From the IMG/VR virus record IMGVR_UViG_3300025634_000001, positions 32,001 to 96,000 of that record: a stretch of DNA of 64,000 nucleotides. One strand, 5' to 3'. A program made the position numbers and the translations under genes. Shown piece after piece: positions 17,656-27,540 of the stretch. The notes under the pieces were generated by a model, which was not told where the DNA came from, did not search any database, and saw only the letters and a list, made by a program, of their open reading frames with translations. The stretch comes from a virus. The first letter of the stretch is position 1; each line of letters starts with the position of its first letter.

Positions 17656-18795
17656 ATAAAGATCCTCTGGCATTCAAACGGGCCGTGGAACCGTAGCGGG
17701 TACGGCAAGCAGACCGCACTGTTCGTCCCCCGGATAGCCGCCCTCGGGCATGAGGTCGTCATCGCCTCCCCGTACACCTTCGGCGGGACGCCGCTGGAAT
17801 GGGAAGGGTTCACCGTCCTTCCGTGCTCGCGGGACACCGCCGGGAACGACGTCTTCACCGCCAACTACGAGTACTTCGGCGCGGACCTCGCCATCACCCT
17901 GTGCGATGTGTTCGGGCTGATGAAATGCGCCCCGGAACTCGCCGGGCTGAACGTGGCCCACTGGTTCCCCGTGGACACCGACCCGCTCGGCGAAGGTGAC
18001 GTCACCGTCCTGCGGGAAGGCCAGGGCGTCCCTGTGGCCATGTCCCGCTTCGGTGAGCGTGTCCTCCGCGGTGAGGGCGCGGACCCCCTGTACGTGCCGC
18101 ACGGCACCGACACGGCGGTCTACTGCCCCGGCGACCCGGCTCCTTACCGGGACACCGTTCCGGGGATCGGGCCGGGCACGTTCGTCATCGGGCTGTGCGC
18201 GATGAACAGGGACCCGCAGCGCAAGGGCTTCCACGAGCAGATGCTGGCGTTCTCCCGGTTCCACGCGAGGCACCCCGACTCGTTCCTGGCGCTGCACACG
18301 TCCCCGGTGAACAATCCCGGCATCAACCTGCCCGGCATGGCGGCCAGGCTCGGGATCTCCGGTGCCGTCGCGTGGCCCGACTCCTACAGCTACGACATGG
18401 GCCTCGTCACCGAAGAGCAGATGGCCACCTGGTACCGGGGCCTGGACATCCTGTCGCTGTGCTCCTACGCGGAAGGGTTCGGCCTCCCGCTGGCAGAGGC
18501 CCAGGCGTGCGGGATTCCCGTGGTCACGACCGACGGGTCCGCGATGTCTGAGCTGTGCGGCGCCGGATGGGTGGTGTCCGGGACGCCATTCTGGGCCAAC
18601 GGGCACGGGGCATGGTGGAAACGGCCCGACGCCGACGACATCGACCAGGCGTACGAGGCGGCATGGCAGGCCCGCGAAGCCGGCCAGCTGCCGCGCAAGC
18701 AGGCCCGCGACTTCGCGATGCTGTATGACGCCGACCGGGTGTTCACCCAGTTCTGGAAGCCGGTCCTCGCCGAGCTCGAAGCCCGCATCACCTAG
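17656..18795 (+). CDS. GT-B (GT4-like) glycosyltransferase, apparent ATA start
   Basis: (I)KILWHSNGPW..SGYGKQT N-terminus in frame with RKG and EGFGLPLAEAQACGIPV; GGAAGG 8 nt before ATA. Confidence 0.9.
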   Translation: MKILWHSNGPWNRSGYGKQTALFVPRIAALGHEVVIASPYTFGGTPLEWEGFTVLPCSRDTAGNDVFTANYEYFGADLAITLCDVFGLMKCAPELAGLNVAHWFPVDTDPLGEGDVTVLREGQGVPVAMSRFGERVLRGEGADPLYVPHGTDTAVYCPGDPAPYRDTVPGIGPGTFVIGLCAMNRDPQRKGFHEQMLAFSRFHARHPDSFLALHTSPVNNPGINLPGMAARLGISGAVAWPDSYSYDMGLVTEEQMATWYRGLDILSLCSYAEGFGLPLAEAQACGIPVVTTDGSAMSELCGAGWVVSGTPFWANGHGAWWKRPDADDIDQAYEAAWQAREAGQLPRKQARDFAMLYDADRVFTQFWKPVLAELEARIT

Positions 18796-18809
18796 GGAAG
18801 GGCACGCCG

Positions 18810-19025
18810 ATGGCCGAGGTCAACGAGACCACCCAGCGGAAATGCGACCGCTGCGGCGAACTGTCCGCCCCGGCCGCGAAAGGAGGCGTGCCGGACGGGT
18901 GGCTGACGGGCCTGGGCCTGCGGGTGCCGGGGACGTTCGACGTCTACGACGACCTCGACCCCGCGTGCGCGTCGCTGGCTGTGGTGCAGGCGGTCGTGCC
19001 GGTACCTGCGGAGGACGCGGTTTAA
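18810..19025 (+). CDS. Small hypothetical protein (CDRC)
   Basis: GGAAGG RBS; CDRCG..PDGW. Confidence 0.6.
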   Translation: MAEVNETTQRKCDRCGELSAPAAKGGVPDGWLTGLGLRVPGTFDVYDDLDPACASLAVVQAVVPVPAEDAV

Positions 19026-19027
19026 CG

Positions 19028-19636
19028 ATGCCGCTCGCCCGCACCTTCGACCCCGCCACCGGCAAGGTCATCACCACCCTGCACGACGCGTACCTGGACA
19101 GGCTGTCCCGGTGGAGCGACATCCAGGAATACCTCCCGTTCCTGCACGAGCAGGCCCGGTCCCGCAAGGGCGTGCGGGTGCTGGAGCTGGGCAGCAGGCG
19201 GGCGAACTCCACCCTGACGTTCCTCGCGGGGGCAACCGAGTCCGGCGGGCACGTCTGGTCGGCGGACATCGACAACATACTGACCCACGCCGGCGGGATC
19301 GGCCCGTGGGCGGACTGCCCCCGGTGGACGTTCATCTGCGGCGACGACATGAACCCCGCCCTGCAAGCGCTCCTCCCGCCTGAGGTTGACGTGTTCTTCC
19401 TCGACACCAGCCACGAGTACGAGCACACCCTCGCCGAGCTCCGCGCCTACATGCCCCGCGTGGCGGCGGGCGGGATCGCCCTGTTCCACGACACGAACCT
19501 CATCGGCTGGCCCGGCTACCAGTGGGACCGGGACATCCCCCCGGTACGCGCGGCGCTGGACGACTACTGCGCGGAAACCGGGATCACCTGGGAGAACATG
19601 CCGGGTGATTACGGGCTCGGGGTCATCCGGCCGTGA
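19028..19636 (+). CDS. Class I SAM-dependent methyltransferase (Methyltransf_24-like)
   Basis: VLELGSR..ST, WSADI, DVFFLDTSHEYE, GGIALFHD. Confidence 0.88.
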   Translation: MPLARTFDPATGKVITTLHDAYLDRLSRWSDIQEYLPFLHEQARSRKGVRVLELGSRRANSTLTFLAGATESGGHVWSADIDNILTHAGGIGPWADCPRWTFICGDDMNPALQALLPPEVDVFFLDTSHEYEHTLAELRAYMPRVAAGGIALFHDTNLIGWPGYQWDRDIPPVRAALDDYCAETGITWENMPGDYGLGVIRP

Positions 19637-19782
19637 CCGTGAACCCGCGGCTGCTGGACCTGCTGGACCGGGACGAACTCGACTGGGATGACCCGAGGCA
19701 CCGCGAGGCGTACCTGCGCGCATGGGTGAACCGCGACCTGCCCGTGAAGGCGGAGGGGAGAGAACCTGATGACCAGCGGTGA
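19633..19782 (+). CDS. Small hypothetical protein
   Basis: GTGA-coupled MTVNPRLLDLLDRDELDWDDP... Confidence 0.4.
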   Translation: MTVNPRLLDLLDRDELDWDDPRHREAYLRAWVNRDLPVKAEGREPDDQR

Positions 19783-20476
19783 CCTGCTCGTGATCGTCCC
19801 CTCTCGCGGACGGCCTGGAAATATCGCCAGGCTCCTCGACTCCGTTCACGCCACCGCCAGGGCGCAGACGCACCTGCACGTCGCCGTGGACGACGACGAC
19901 GAGAAACTGCCCCAGTACCGGACGGTCATGGACCATGCGGGCCGGGACGGCGACACCCTGGAGACCGGGCCGCGTAAGGGCCTGTGCGCATGGACGAACG
20001 AGGTAGCCGTCCGCCGTGCGGGCGAGTACCCGTTCCTCGCCAGCTTCGGTGATGACATGGTGCCCCGCACCCCCGGCTGGGACGCGGCCCTCCTGCGCGG
20101 GATCGCGCACATGGGCGGGACCGGGACCGTCTACCCGTGGGACGGCGCCAGGGAAGACATCCCCGAGGCCGTCGCCCTCTCCAGTGACATCGTGACCGCG
20201 CTCGGCTGGATGTGCGAGCCGACGCTGAAGCACTGGTACCCCGACAACGTGTGGGCGGACCTGGGGCGCGGAGCGGGCTGCCTGCGGCACCTCCGCGCCG
20301 TCGCCGTCGATCACCTGAACGTGGCCGCGCAGGCTAAGCCCGACGCGACCGCCCGCGACAACGGGCGATCCCTGGACGATGACCGTGAGGCGTACTGGCA
20401 GTGGCGGGCCACCCGGATGGCCGGTGACATCGCGACGATCGTGAAGCTCCGCGAGAAGACGCTTCAGCCTGCTTAG
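19769..20476 (+). CDS. GT-A (GT2-like) glycosyltransferase
   Basis: LLVIVPSRGRP, VDDDD, FGDD, HWYPDN. Confidence 0.85.
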   Translation: MTSGDLLVIVPSRGRPGNIARLLDSVHATARAQTHLHVAVDDDDEKLPQYRTVMDHAGRDGDTLETGPRKGLCAWTNEVAVRRAGEYPFLASFGDDMVPRTPGWDAALLRGIAHMGGTGTVYPWDGAREDIPEAVALSSDIVTALGWMCEPTLKHWYPDNVWADLGRGAGCLRHLRAVAVDHLNVAAQAKPDATARDNGRSLDDDREAYWQWRATRMAGDIATIVKLREKTLQPA

Positions 20477-20603
20477 GCCAGGCGTCCGGAAAGCGCCGAG
20501 ATCGAAGAGCGCGCCCATAGCCTCGCCCGGCGCCTGCTTTTCCCGCACTTCCGGCTTGCGTGCCGGGTAAAGAAAACCAACCTGACACAAGGAGAGGGTT
20601 AAA

Positions 20604-21125
20604 TTGGCGATCGGCCGCACATATAACGTCGACAGTGGTCAGACGACCGGAATTTCGATCGGCACGGGCGGAGTCGGGGGCACTGAGTATGTCCTGATGT
20701 ACGGCGGGACTGCCGGCGAGTTCAACATCAGCGCCATCCGCGTCGGCACCTACTCCGGCTCCTCGGCGTCGTACCCGTCGAACGGGACGATCACGTGGCG
20801 GATCCGCAGGGTGTCCTCCACGAACTCCGCCACCCTCGTGGGTACCGGCACCGCGTACCCGGTGAGCCAGTCCACGACCGCCGCCTCGAGCGTGTGGATC
20901 TACTCCACCGCGAACGGGTCGGGCACCGCGACGTTCGCCACTCCCGGCAACGTGCTGTGGTCCCAGACGACCCCGTGCACCGCCGGCGCGAACTGGGGTG
21001 AGTGGTTCACCCCCGGCTTCGAGCTGAACTGCACCAACTCCACCCTCGCGATCACCTACGAGCTCGGTGCGGCGGGTACCACGTCCGCGGTGAACCTGAT
21101 GCCGGAACTGGTCATCTCCGAGTAA
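20604..21125 (+). CDS. Thr/Ser/Gly-rich virion structural protein
   Basis: TTG after GGAGAGG; beta-rich composition. Confidence 0.65.
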   Translation: MAIGRTYNVDSGQTTGISIGTGGVGGTEYVLMYGGTAGEFNISAIRVGTYSGSSASYPSNGTITWRIRRVSSTNSATLVGTGTAYPVSQSTTAASSVWIYSTANGSGTATFATPGNVLWSQTTPCTAGANWGEWFTPGFELNCTNSTLAITYELGAAGTTSAVNLMPELVISE

Positions 21126-21207
21126 CGATGCCGTCGCGTAACAAGTAAGGCAGGTGCCTCTGGAGGTGTGCTGTGATTGCAACGCACTTCCAGGATAGAC
21201 GGCAGTC

Positions 21208-24200
21208 ATGAGCATCGGCTTCAGGGCTGCAGCTAACGCCAGCTCCGCCGGGGCAGTCGCCAGCCAGGCCATCACGATCCCCTCGACGGTGCAAGCCGGG
21301 GATGTCCTGTTCCTGGTTTTCAACGCCTACAGCGGGGCATCCGGCTCGTCCACGCTGACCGTCACCTCCACCGGGTCGGCGTGGACGCAGCTGGGCACTA
21401 CCCAGTTCGAGAGCGCGGCCAGCGCCGAGACGAACTCGGCGATTTTCTACCTCCAGGCGGGCTCCTCGGACGCCAGTGCGACAGTAACGTGTCACACGTC
21501 GGTGAGCCTGTTCGTCAACGCCACGATATCCGCGTATTCCGGGGCGAACTCGTGGAAGTTCCTTGACGTAACGAACACCACCGGGTCGGCGACGCTGACC
21601 TCGACCATGGCAGTCTCCTCGGTCGCCCCCGCCGGGACCGCCGACTGGATTATCTACGGGCTGTCCTGCTGTAACGGGGCCACCGGGTATTCCTCCTGCA
21701 CCGCGCCCGCCGGCACGACGATGCGGGAAGCGAACTTCGGGTCGGCTTCCGGGATCGCCGCCATCGCCGACTCCAACGGAGCGGTGGCCCCCGGGAGCAG
21801 TAACGGCGGCGGGCATTTCACCCCCGATCAGACAGGCACGTACACCACCTGGACGATCGGGCTCGCCGCAACGTACGTCCCTCCCGCGGGAACGCCGGCC
21901 AAAGCCAGGTTCCCGCTGCCCGCCCGCGGTCGCACGTATCCCCTGAATCCCCCCCGGACCCTGCGGATCGTCAACAGCTCCGAGGGCGGCGCCTCCGGGA
22001 CGACCGCTACCCGCGCCAACAGCGGGGGGCTGTCCGGGAGCGCGTTCGATGCCGTCGCGATCGCCGCCGGCGGGACGATGGCGTTCAACAGCACGCGCAC
22101 CGCGCACGGCCTGCGGTCATACAAGGTCGCTGTCGGGGGGACAGCCGGCACGTCGGTGCTGGAGTGGACTACTTCACTCGGCGGGCCGCAGCCGGTCATC
22201 TACTACCGGGCGTACCTCTACTACACGGCGTTCCCGGCTGTAGCTTCTTCGCCCGTCAGTACCCGTACGGGCGCGTCGGTGAGCTCGGCTTCCATCTCGG
22301 TCAGCAGCACCGGCAAGATCAACATCCGCGACGCCGCCTTCACGACCCGCGCCATCGTCGCACAGCCGATCCCGCTGAACCAGTGGTTCCGGGTCGAAGG
22401 CTATTTCGTCGGGAACGCGGTAAACGGCGCTGCCAGCGCCAGCCTGTACTACCCGATGGATTCCGTCACCGCCGCCTCGACGGCGACCGCCACCGGCATG
22501 AACAACGCCGGGCCGGCGAACGCGGTCTGGTTCGGGGAATCGAACAGCGGGACAAACGAGGGTCCCTGGTGGATCGACGACATCGGGATCTCCAACGCCG
22601 GGTACCTCGGTCCCGCCGGCCCCCCGTCCGGTGCGGTCTTCTACCCGCCAAGCCAGGCGGTCAGGGCGAGGCTCCCGCAGCAGCCGCTACTGCGCGGCCG
22701 GGTCACCTCCAGCCCCGGGTCGGTACCCCCGGTGGCCGTCAGCGGGTCCGCGAAAGCGCTCCAGCGGAATGCCGCCGACAAACTCGCGTACCTGTACGAC
22801 GGGTCCCTGATATTCGGGTACTGGAGCGGCACCCAAGGGCAGGTCGGCCACGTCACCAGCCCGCTTGCCGGGCTCTCGGTCACGAACCTGATCTCCACGG
22901 CCGAAGACGGCATCTCGATCTGGGTTGACAACAGCGCCGGTACCTCCAGCGACATCTGGGTCTGCTCCTCCGACGACGACGCCTCCGGCGGCGCCGGCCC
23001 GTCCCTGCACGTCCGCCACGGCACCTACACCGGGGGCGTCTTCACCTGGGACGCCTCCACCCTGATCTCCGGCACCACCACCGCCGCCACCATCCAGTCC
23101 ACGATCACGTGGAACGGCACCTACCTGATGGTGTTCTGGTGGGACGGCGCATCCGGCTCGGACCGGGTGTCGTACGCCTACACCAGCACCAAGAACGGCA
23201 CGTCGGGCTGGACCGCGGCAGCGACGTTCTCCGAGTCCGCCACCTGGTCCACGATCGTGCAGGTCTGCGCCCGGCACTCGTACAAGCTCGGCGCGACCGT
23301 CGTGGTGTACGGCGGCAACAGCCAGATGCACTACGCATGCCTGGCCGATTCCGCTGCCAGTCCCGCGACCGGGAACTGGGGCGGCCGGACGGTCTACGAC
23401 CAGTTCGATGATTCCCTTGAGCTGTTCGGCGGCCCGCAGGTCGTCATCGACGAGTCTTCCGGTGCCATCCACGTGGCCAGGGCCGTCGCGAACCTGGGCG
23501 GGCCGTCCTGGGATGGCGTCATCTACTGGCATGGCACCTACACCCCGGGGGCGTCAGGCTCGGTCAGCTTCGCCGCCCGTGTCACGGTCGCGTCCGCCGC
23601 GTCCGCCACGGGACCGGCGGATATCGCCGCCGCCGTCGACGCCACCGGCACCGTCTGGGTGCTGTGGACGGATAACGCTGCCCAGGGGAACCTGAAGTAC
23701 GCGACGCTGACAGCCCCCTTCACCTCGGCGTCCGCCGCTACGACGCTGATCGCCGGCAGTGCCACGTCGAACCCGCGCTGGCCGCACGTCCCGGCGGTCT
23801 CGGCGGCCCAGGCGGGGCTCGCCACGTTCCTGCCCGTGCTGTACATGGACACCACGGGCAGCCCGTTCCCGGTCCTGCTGAACACCTCGATCGCGCTGCC
23901 CGCCACCCCCGGCCCGGTGTTCTGGCCGGCATCTCAGGCGGTCCGCGCCCGCCTCCCGCAGCCGCCCATCGGGACAGGCGCCTTCCGGGGCCGGGTCAGC
24001 TCCAACCCCGGGACCCCGGTCCGCAGCGTCCCGACGCAGGGCCCGGTCTTCACCCAGAGGCCCGCCCCGGTCAGGTACGCCCTGCCTGCATGGCAGCCCC
24101 GCGCGGGCCGGATCGGGTCGAGTTTCGGCGCCCCGGTCATCAACCCGGTCCACGGGCCTCCTGTCTACCCGCTGCAGGGCGAGGTAAGAGCCCAGCTTCC

Positions 24201-26193
24201 CCCGCTGCAGCCGCGCGCCGGCCGCAGCGCGTCCTGCCCTGGCAGTCCGCCCCGGAACCCCTCTGCGGGGCCGGTGTTCTACCCTGCGGTGCGCCCGGTA
24301 CGCGCCCCGGTACCCCCGGTTTTCTCCAAGGGCCGCGTCCGCTCCGGTCCTGGCAGCGCCGCACGGAATCCGTCCGCAGGCCCCGGGGTTTACGCCCCGG
24401 CGGGCCCGGTCCGGATCAGGACCGCCCCCCCGTTCTCCAAGGGCCGCGTCACTTCCGGTCCCGGATCGCCCGCCCGTAACCCCTCAGCCGGCCCTGCCGT
24501 CTACGCGGCGCAGGGTCCCGTCCGCGCCCGGACCGTACCCCCGTTCAGCAAGGGCCGCACCGGATCTAACCCCGGCGGCCCTGTCACCGCCCTCCCGGTG
24601 CCAGGCCCGGTGTTCCGGCAGGCGCCGGCCCCGGCACGCATCCGGCCCGCCCTGCCGTTGCGGGGCCGGATCAGCTCGAACCCCGGCGGGCCCGTCCAGA
24701 ACCCGCTGCCGCCGATCTTCGGCCCGGTGTTCCGCCCGTTCCGGTTCCCGGCCAGGGCGAGGATCATCCCGCCGCCGCGCGGCAGGGTCACCTCCAGCCC
24801 GGGGTCTCCGCCCCGGAACCCGTCCGCAGGCCCCGTCTTCGTCCAGGCGCCCCGCCCGGCCAGGGCTCCCGTCCCGCAGGTCTTCTCCAAGGGCCGGGTC
24901 AGCTCCGGTCCCGGCACCGCGCCCAGGAACCCCTCACCGGGCCCGGTGTTCCGGCAGGCCGTCCGGCCCGCACGCGCCCCCGTCCCGCAGGTGTTCAGCA
25001 AGGGCCGCGTCGCATCTTGCGCGGGCGCGCCAGCACGGAATCCGGTCTCCGGTCCCGTCATCTACGCTCAGCATGGCCCGGCCAGGGCCAGGACCGCCCC
25101 CCCGTTCTCCAAGGGCCGGGCCGGCTCTAACGCCGGGGCTCCCGCCCGGAACCCCGGTACCGGGCATGTCTTCATCCAGGCCGTCCGCCCGGCCCAGGCC
25201 AGGCTCCCGCTGCCCGCACGGGGCAGGATCAGCTCGAACGCGGGCGGCCCGGTCAGGAACCCGGTCCCGCCGATCTTCGGGCCCCCGTTCTATCCCGCGA
25301 GGTCCCCCGCCCGGATCAGGGTCACCCTCCCGCCGCGAGGCCGCATCGCCTCCGGATCAGGGGCACCTGCCCGGAACCCCGGTACGGGACCCGCCGTCTA
25401 CGCGGCGCACGGCCCCGTCCGGGCCCGCGTCCCCCAGGTCTTCTCCAAGGGCCGGGTCCGGTCCGGCCAGGGGACTCATGTCCCGCAAGAAGCCCCGGTC
25501 TACCCGCAGCACGGGCCCGTCCGGGCACACCCGGTCCCGCCTGCTCGCGGGCGTATCGCCTCCGGTCCGGGCATCCCGGTCCCCGCGACCGTCCCTGTTC
25601 CCGCCTTCGCGCAGCACGGGCCGGTCCGGGCCAGGATCACCCTTCCGGCTCGCGGGCGGGTCAGCATCTTCCGGGCCCCGGCAATCCAGCCGGTCCCGGC
25701 CCCGGTCTACCCGCAGCACGGGCCGGTCGCGGCCCGCCAGCCCCTGTCCCGCAGGGGCCAGGTCCGGTCCGGTGCAGGCACCCCCGTCCGGCATCCCGCG
25801 CCGGCCTACCCGCTGCGGCGGCCGGTCCAGGCACGCATCCCGCTGCCAGCGCGCGGCAGGACCGCAGGCAACCCGGGCGCCCCCGTCCGGAACCCCGGAA
25901 CAGGACCGAAGGTCTACCCGCAGCACGGGCCCGCAGGCCTCGCATGGCGGGCACCCGGCCCGTTCCGCAAGGGATCCGCGCAGGGCAGCCCAGGCAGGTT
26001 CACGGCCACGCCGGCCATGTCGCCCCCGTTCGCCGCCGGCCCCGCCCGGTGGGCGTGGGAAGCGGGAAGCGCCCGCCCGGTATGGGCCGCCGGCCCCGCC
26101 CGGTGGGCGTGGGAAGCGGGAAGCGCCCGCCCGGTATGGGCCGGCGGCCCCGCCCGGAAGACATGGAACCCAGGCTCCGGCCGGAACCAGTGA
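21208..26193 (+). CDS. Large fibre/adhesin-like virion protein: beta-rich domains plus long Pro/Arg-rich repeat region
   Basis: PSTVQAGDVL N-terminal domain, LamG-like domain (LNQWFRVE...WWIDDI), propeller-like domain, then about 750 aa of ~36-aa repeats. Confidence 0.75.
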   Translation: MSIGFRAAANASSAGAVASQAITIPSTVQAGDVLFLVFNAYSGASGSSTLTVTSTGSAWTQLGTTQFESAASAETNSAIFYLQAGSSDASATVTCHTSVSLFVNATISAYSGANSWKFLDVTNTTGSATLTSTMAVSSVAPAGTADWIIYGLSCCNGATGYSSCTAPAGTTMREANFGSASGIAAIADSNGAVAPGSSNGGGHFTPDQTGTYTTWTIGLAATYVPPAGTPAKARFPLPARGRTYPLNPPRTLRIVNSSEGGASGTTATRANSGGLSGSAFDAVAIAAGGTMAFNSTRTAHGLRSYKVAVGGTAGTSVLEWTTSLGGPQPVIYYRAYLYYTAFPAVASSPVSTRTGASVSSASISVSSTGKINIRDAAFTTRAIVAQPIPLNQWFRVEGYFVGNAVNGAASASLYYPMDSVTAASTATATGMNNAGPANAVWFGESNSGTNEGPWWIDDIGISNAGYLGPAGPPSGAVFYPPSQAVRARLPQQPLLRGRVTSSPGSVPPVAVSGSAKALQRNAADKLAYLYDGSLIFGYWSGTQGQVGHVTSPLAGLSVTNLISTAEDGISIWVDNSAGTSSDIWVCSSDDDASGGAGPSLHVRHGTYTGGVFTWDASTLISGTTTAATIQSTITWNGTYLMVFWWDGASGSDRVSYAYTSTKNGTSGWTAAATFSESATWSTIVQVCARHSYKLGATVVVYGGNSQMHYACLADSAASPATGNWGGRTVYDQFDDSLELFGGPQVVIDESSGAIHVARAVANLGGPSWDGVIYWHGTYTPGASGSVSFAARVTVASAASATGPADIAAAVDATGTVWVLWTDNAAQGNLKYATLTAPFTSASAATTLIAGSATSNPRWPHVPAVSAAQAGLATFLPVLYMDTTGSPFPVLLNTSIALPATPGPVFWPASQAVRARLPQPPIGTGAFRGRVSSNPGTPVRSVPTQGPVFTQRPAPVRYALPAWQPRAGRIGSSFGAPVINPVHGPPVYPLQGEVRAQLPPLQPRAGRSASCPGSPPRNPSAGPVFYPAVRPVRAPVPPVFSKGRVRSGPGSAARNPSAGPGVYAPAGPVRIRTAPPFSKGRVTSGPGSPARNPSAGPAVYAAQGPVRARTVPPFSKGRTGSNPGGPVTALPVPGPVFRQAPAPARIRPALPLRGRISSNPGGPVQNPLPPIFGPVFRPFRFPARARIIPPPRGRVTSSPGSPPRNPSAGPVFVQAPRPARAPVPQVFSKGRVSSGPGTAPRNPSPGPVFRQAVRPARAPVPQVFSKGRVASCAGAPARNPVSGPVIYAQHGPARARTAPPFSKGRAGSNAGAPARNPGTGHVFIQAVRPAQARLPLPARGRISSNAGGPVRNPVPPIFGPPFYPARSPARIRVTLPPRGRIASGSGAPARNPGTGPAVYAAHGPVRARVPQVFSKGRVRSGQGTHVPQEAPVYPQHGPVRAHPVPPARGRIASGPGIPVPATVPVPAFAQHGPVRARITLPARGRVSIFRAPAIQPVPAPVYPQHGPVAARQPLSRRGQVRSGAGTPVRHPAPAYPLRRPVQARIPLPARGRTAGNPGAPVRNPGTGPKVYPQHGPAGLAWRAPGPFRKGSAQGSPGRFTATPAMSPPFAAGPARWAWEAGSARPVWAAGPARWAWEAGSARPVWAGGPARKTWNPGSGRNQ
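23905..26000 (+). repeat. Degenerate ~36-aa coding repeats (GPVFxQxxxPxRAxxPxxFSKGRxxSxPGxPxRNP)
   Basis: Roughly 20 copies visible in the translation; TTCTCCAAGGGCCG recurs in the DNA. Confidence 0.85.
26032..26157 (+). repeat. Exact 54-nt tandem duplication plus partial third copy (AAGPARWAWEAGSARPVW)
   Basis: Units start at 26032, 26086 and 26140. Confidence 0.9.
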
Positions 26194-26204
26194 CAGGAGG
26201 CTGA

Positions 26205-26528
26205 GTGAACACGATCTCCCAGTCCGTCCTGTCCACGAACTACATCCAGGTCCCCGTCACGATCCAGTCACCGGGGGCTTATGACCCCAGCACGGATGTC
26301 GTGCAGTTCGCGTTCCCGCCGTCCACCTACCCGCCGACCTCGCCCGGCACCTGGTACACGGGCTCATGGGCCGTCTTCCCCGGCCCGGTGTACTGGGCTC
26401 AGTGCCTCGTGGGCCCCGCTAACGGGGGAGTGTCGCTGGCCATCGGCCGGTACCAGGGGGCAGTGAAGATCACCGACAGCGATGCAGTGCCGGTCGAGTA
26501 CCCGTTCCTTCTGGTCATCACCCCGTAG
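26205..26528 (+). CDS. Small beta-sandwich virion protein (BppU N-domain-like)
   Basis: AGGAGG RBS; VQFAF..WYTGSW..CLVGP..LAIGRY..VKITD. Confidence 0.6.
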   Translation: MNTISQSVLSTNYIQVPVTIQSPGAYDPSTDVVQFAFPPSTYPPTSPGTWYTGSWAVFPGPVYWAQCLVGPANGGVSLAIGRYQGAVKITDSDAVPVEYPFLLVITP

Positions 26529-26579
26529 GTATTCCGCATCCCCCGTACCGCTGATGCAACGAGGGCGAGGTGATGCCCC

Positions 26580-27527
26580 TTGTCCACCCCCCTGCCTGTC
26601 GCTGGCCTCACTCCGTACGTTTCGCCAGAGCTGCTAACCCAGGCCAGTACAGGCGTTTCCTGGAATACCGTGCCCCCCGGCGCCAATGTTTCCCCGGCTC
26701 AGCGCCTCGCGGAGCAGTCGAACATCTGCGCCCGCGCGACGGCCGAGGTCGACAAAGCCGCGAAACAGCCGCTCCGCGCCACCATCGACACCCTGCCGCT
26801 CTACGGGCCCGGTGTCCGCGTCGGCGCGCAGGGCAACGGCCCGGCGACTCTCATCATGACCCGCTGGCCGGTGCTCGAGGTCGTCTCCGTCCAGGTGTCC
26901 CGCAACTGCCTGCCCTACGTGTGGACCACCGTCCCGTCCGACCTGGTGCAGGTCCAGTACCCGCCTGTCGGTCTCTACGGGAGCACAGCCCCCCCGGCGG
27001 CAGGCGAAGGCGGGCAGGGGATCCTCGTCTCCCAGGAGTACGTCAACTGGGCATACGGGCGCAACGGGCTCGCCATCCAGGTCGAGTACATCAACGGGTG
27101 GCCCCACTGCGGGCTGCTCGCCAGCGCCGCCCAGGGCGCGGTGTCCCTGTCCGTCGATGACTGCACCGGCTGGGCGGTCACCTCCCCGCTGACCGGCTAC
27201 AGCGGGGCCACGGGAACGGTCTACGACGCCGGCTACCAGGAAGTCATCCAGGTCACCGCCTCGTCCGTAACCCAGGGGCCGGGAACGCTGACCCTCGCCA
27301 CGCCGCTCCAGTCCGCCCACGCGGCCGGGGTGATGGTCTCCACCCTCCCGCAGACCGTGGTGTGGGCCGCCACCCTGTTCGGTGCCGCGCAGGCACTCAC
27401 CCGCGGCGCGACGTCCACCACGGTCCGGCAGATCCCCGGCACCTCATCGTCGGGTGCGAGCCGGATGGCGGACCTGAAGAAGGAAGCCACCTGCCTGATC
27501 GAGGGCACCTTCGACCGGATCATCTGA
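26580..27527 (+). CDS. Head-tail connector/adaptor protein
   Basis: PYVSPELL..RATAEVD..WPVLEV..VEYINGW..LPQTV; position. Confidence 0.7.
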   Translation: MSTPLPVAGLTPYVSPELLTQASTGVSWNTVPPGANVSPAQRLAEQSNICARATAEVDKAAKQPLRATIDTLPLYGPGVRVGAQGNGPATLIMTRWPVLEVVSVQVSRNCLPYVWTTVPSDLVQVQYPPVGLYGSTAPPAAGEGGQGILVSQEYVNWAYGRNGLAIQVEYINGWPHCGLLASAAQGAVSLSVDDCTGWAVTSPLTGYSGATGTVYDAGYQEVIQVTASSVTQGPGTLTLATPLQSAHAAGVMVSTLPQTVVWAATLFGAAQALTRGATSTTVRQIPGTSSSGASRMADLKKEATCLIEGTFDRII

Positions 27528-27540
27528 ACGGGGGCGGGCA

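Noticed and set aside
17560-17656. Readthrough fusion of the 16900 protein to the glycosyltransferase
   Set aside because: Same frame, but two stops (TAG 17560, TGA 17569) intervene.
23905-26157. CRISPR array or diversity-generating retroelement repeats
   Set aside because: The repeats are in-frame coding repeats without unique spacers; no cas or reverse transcriptase gene and no adenine-specific TR/VR pair seen.
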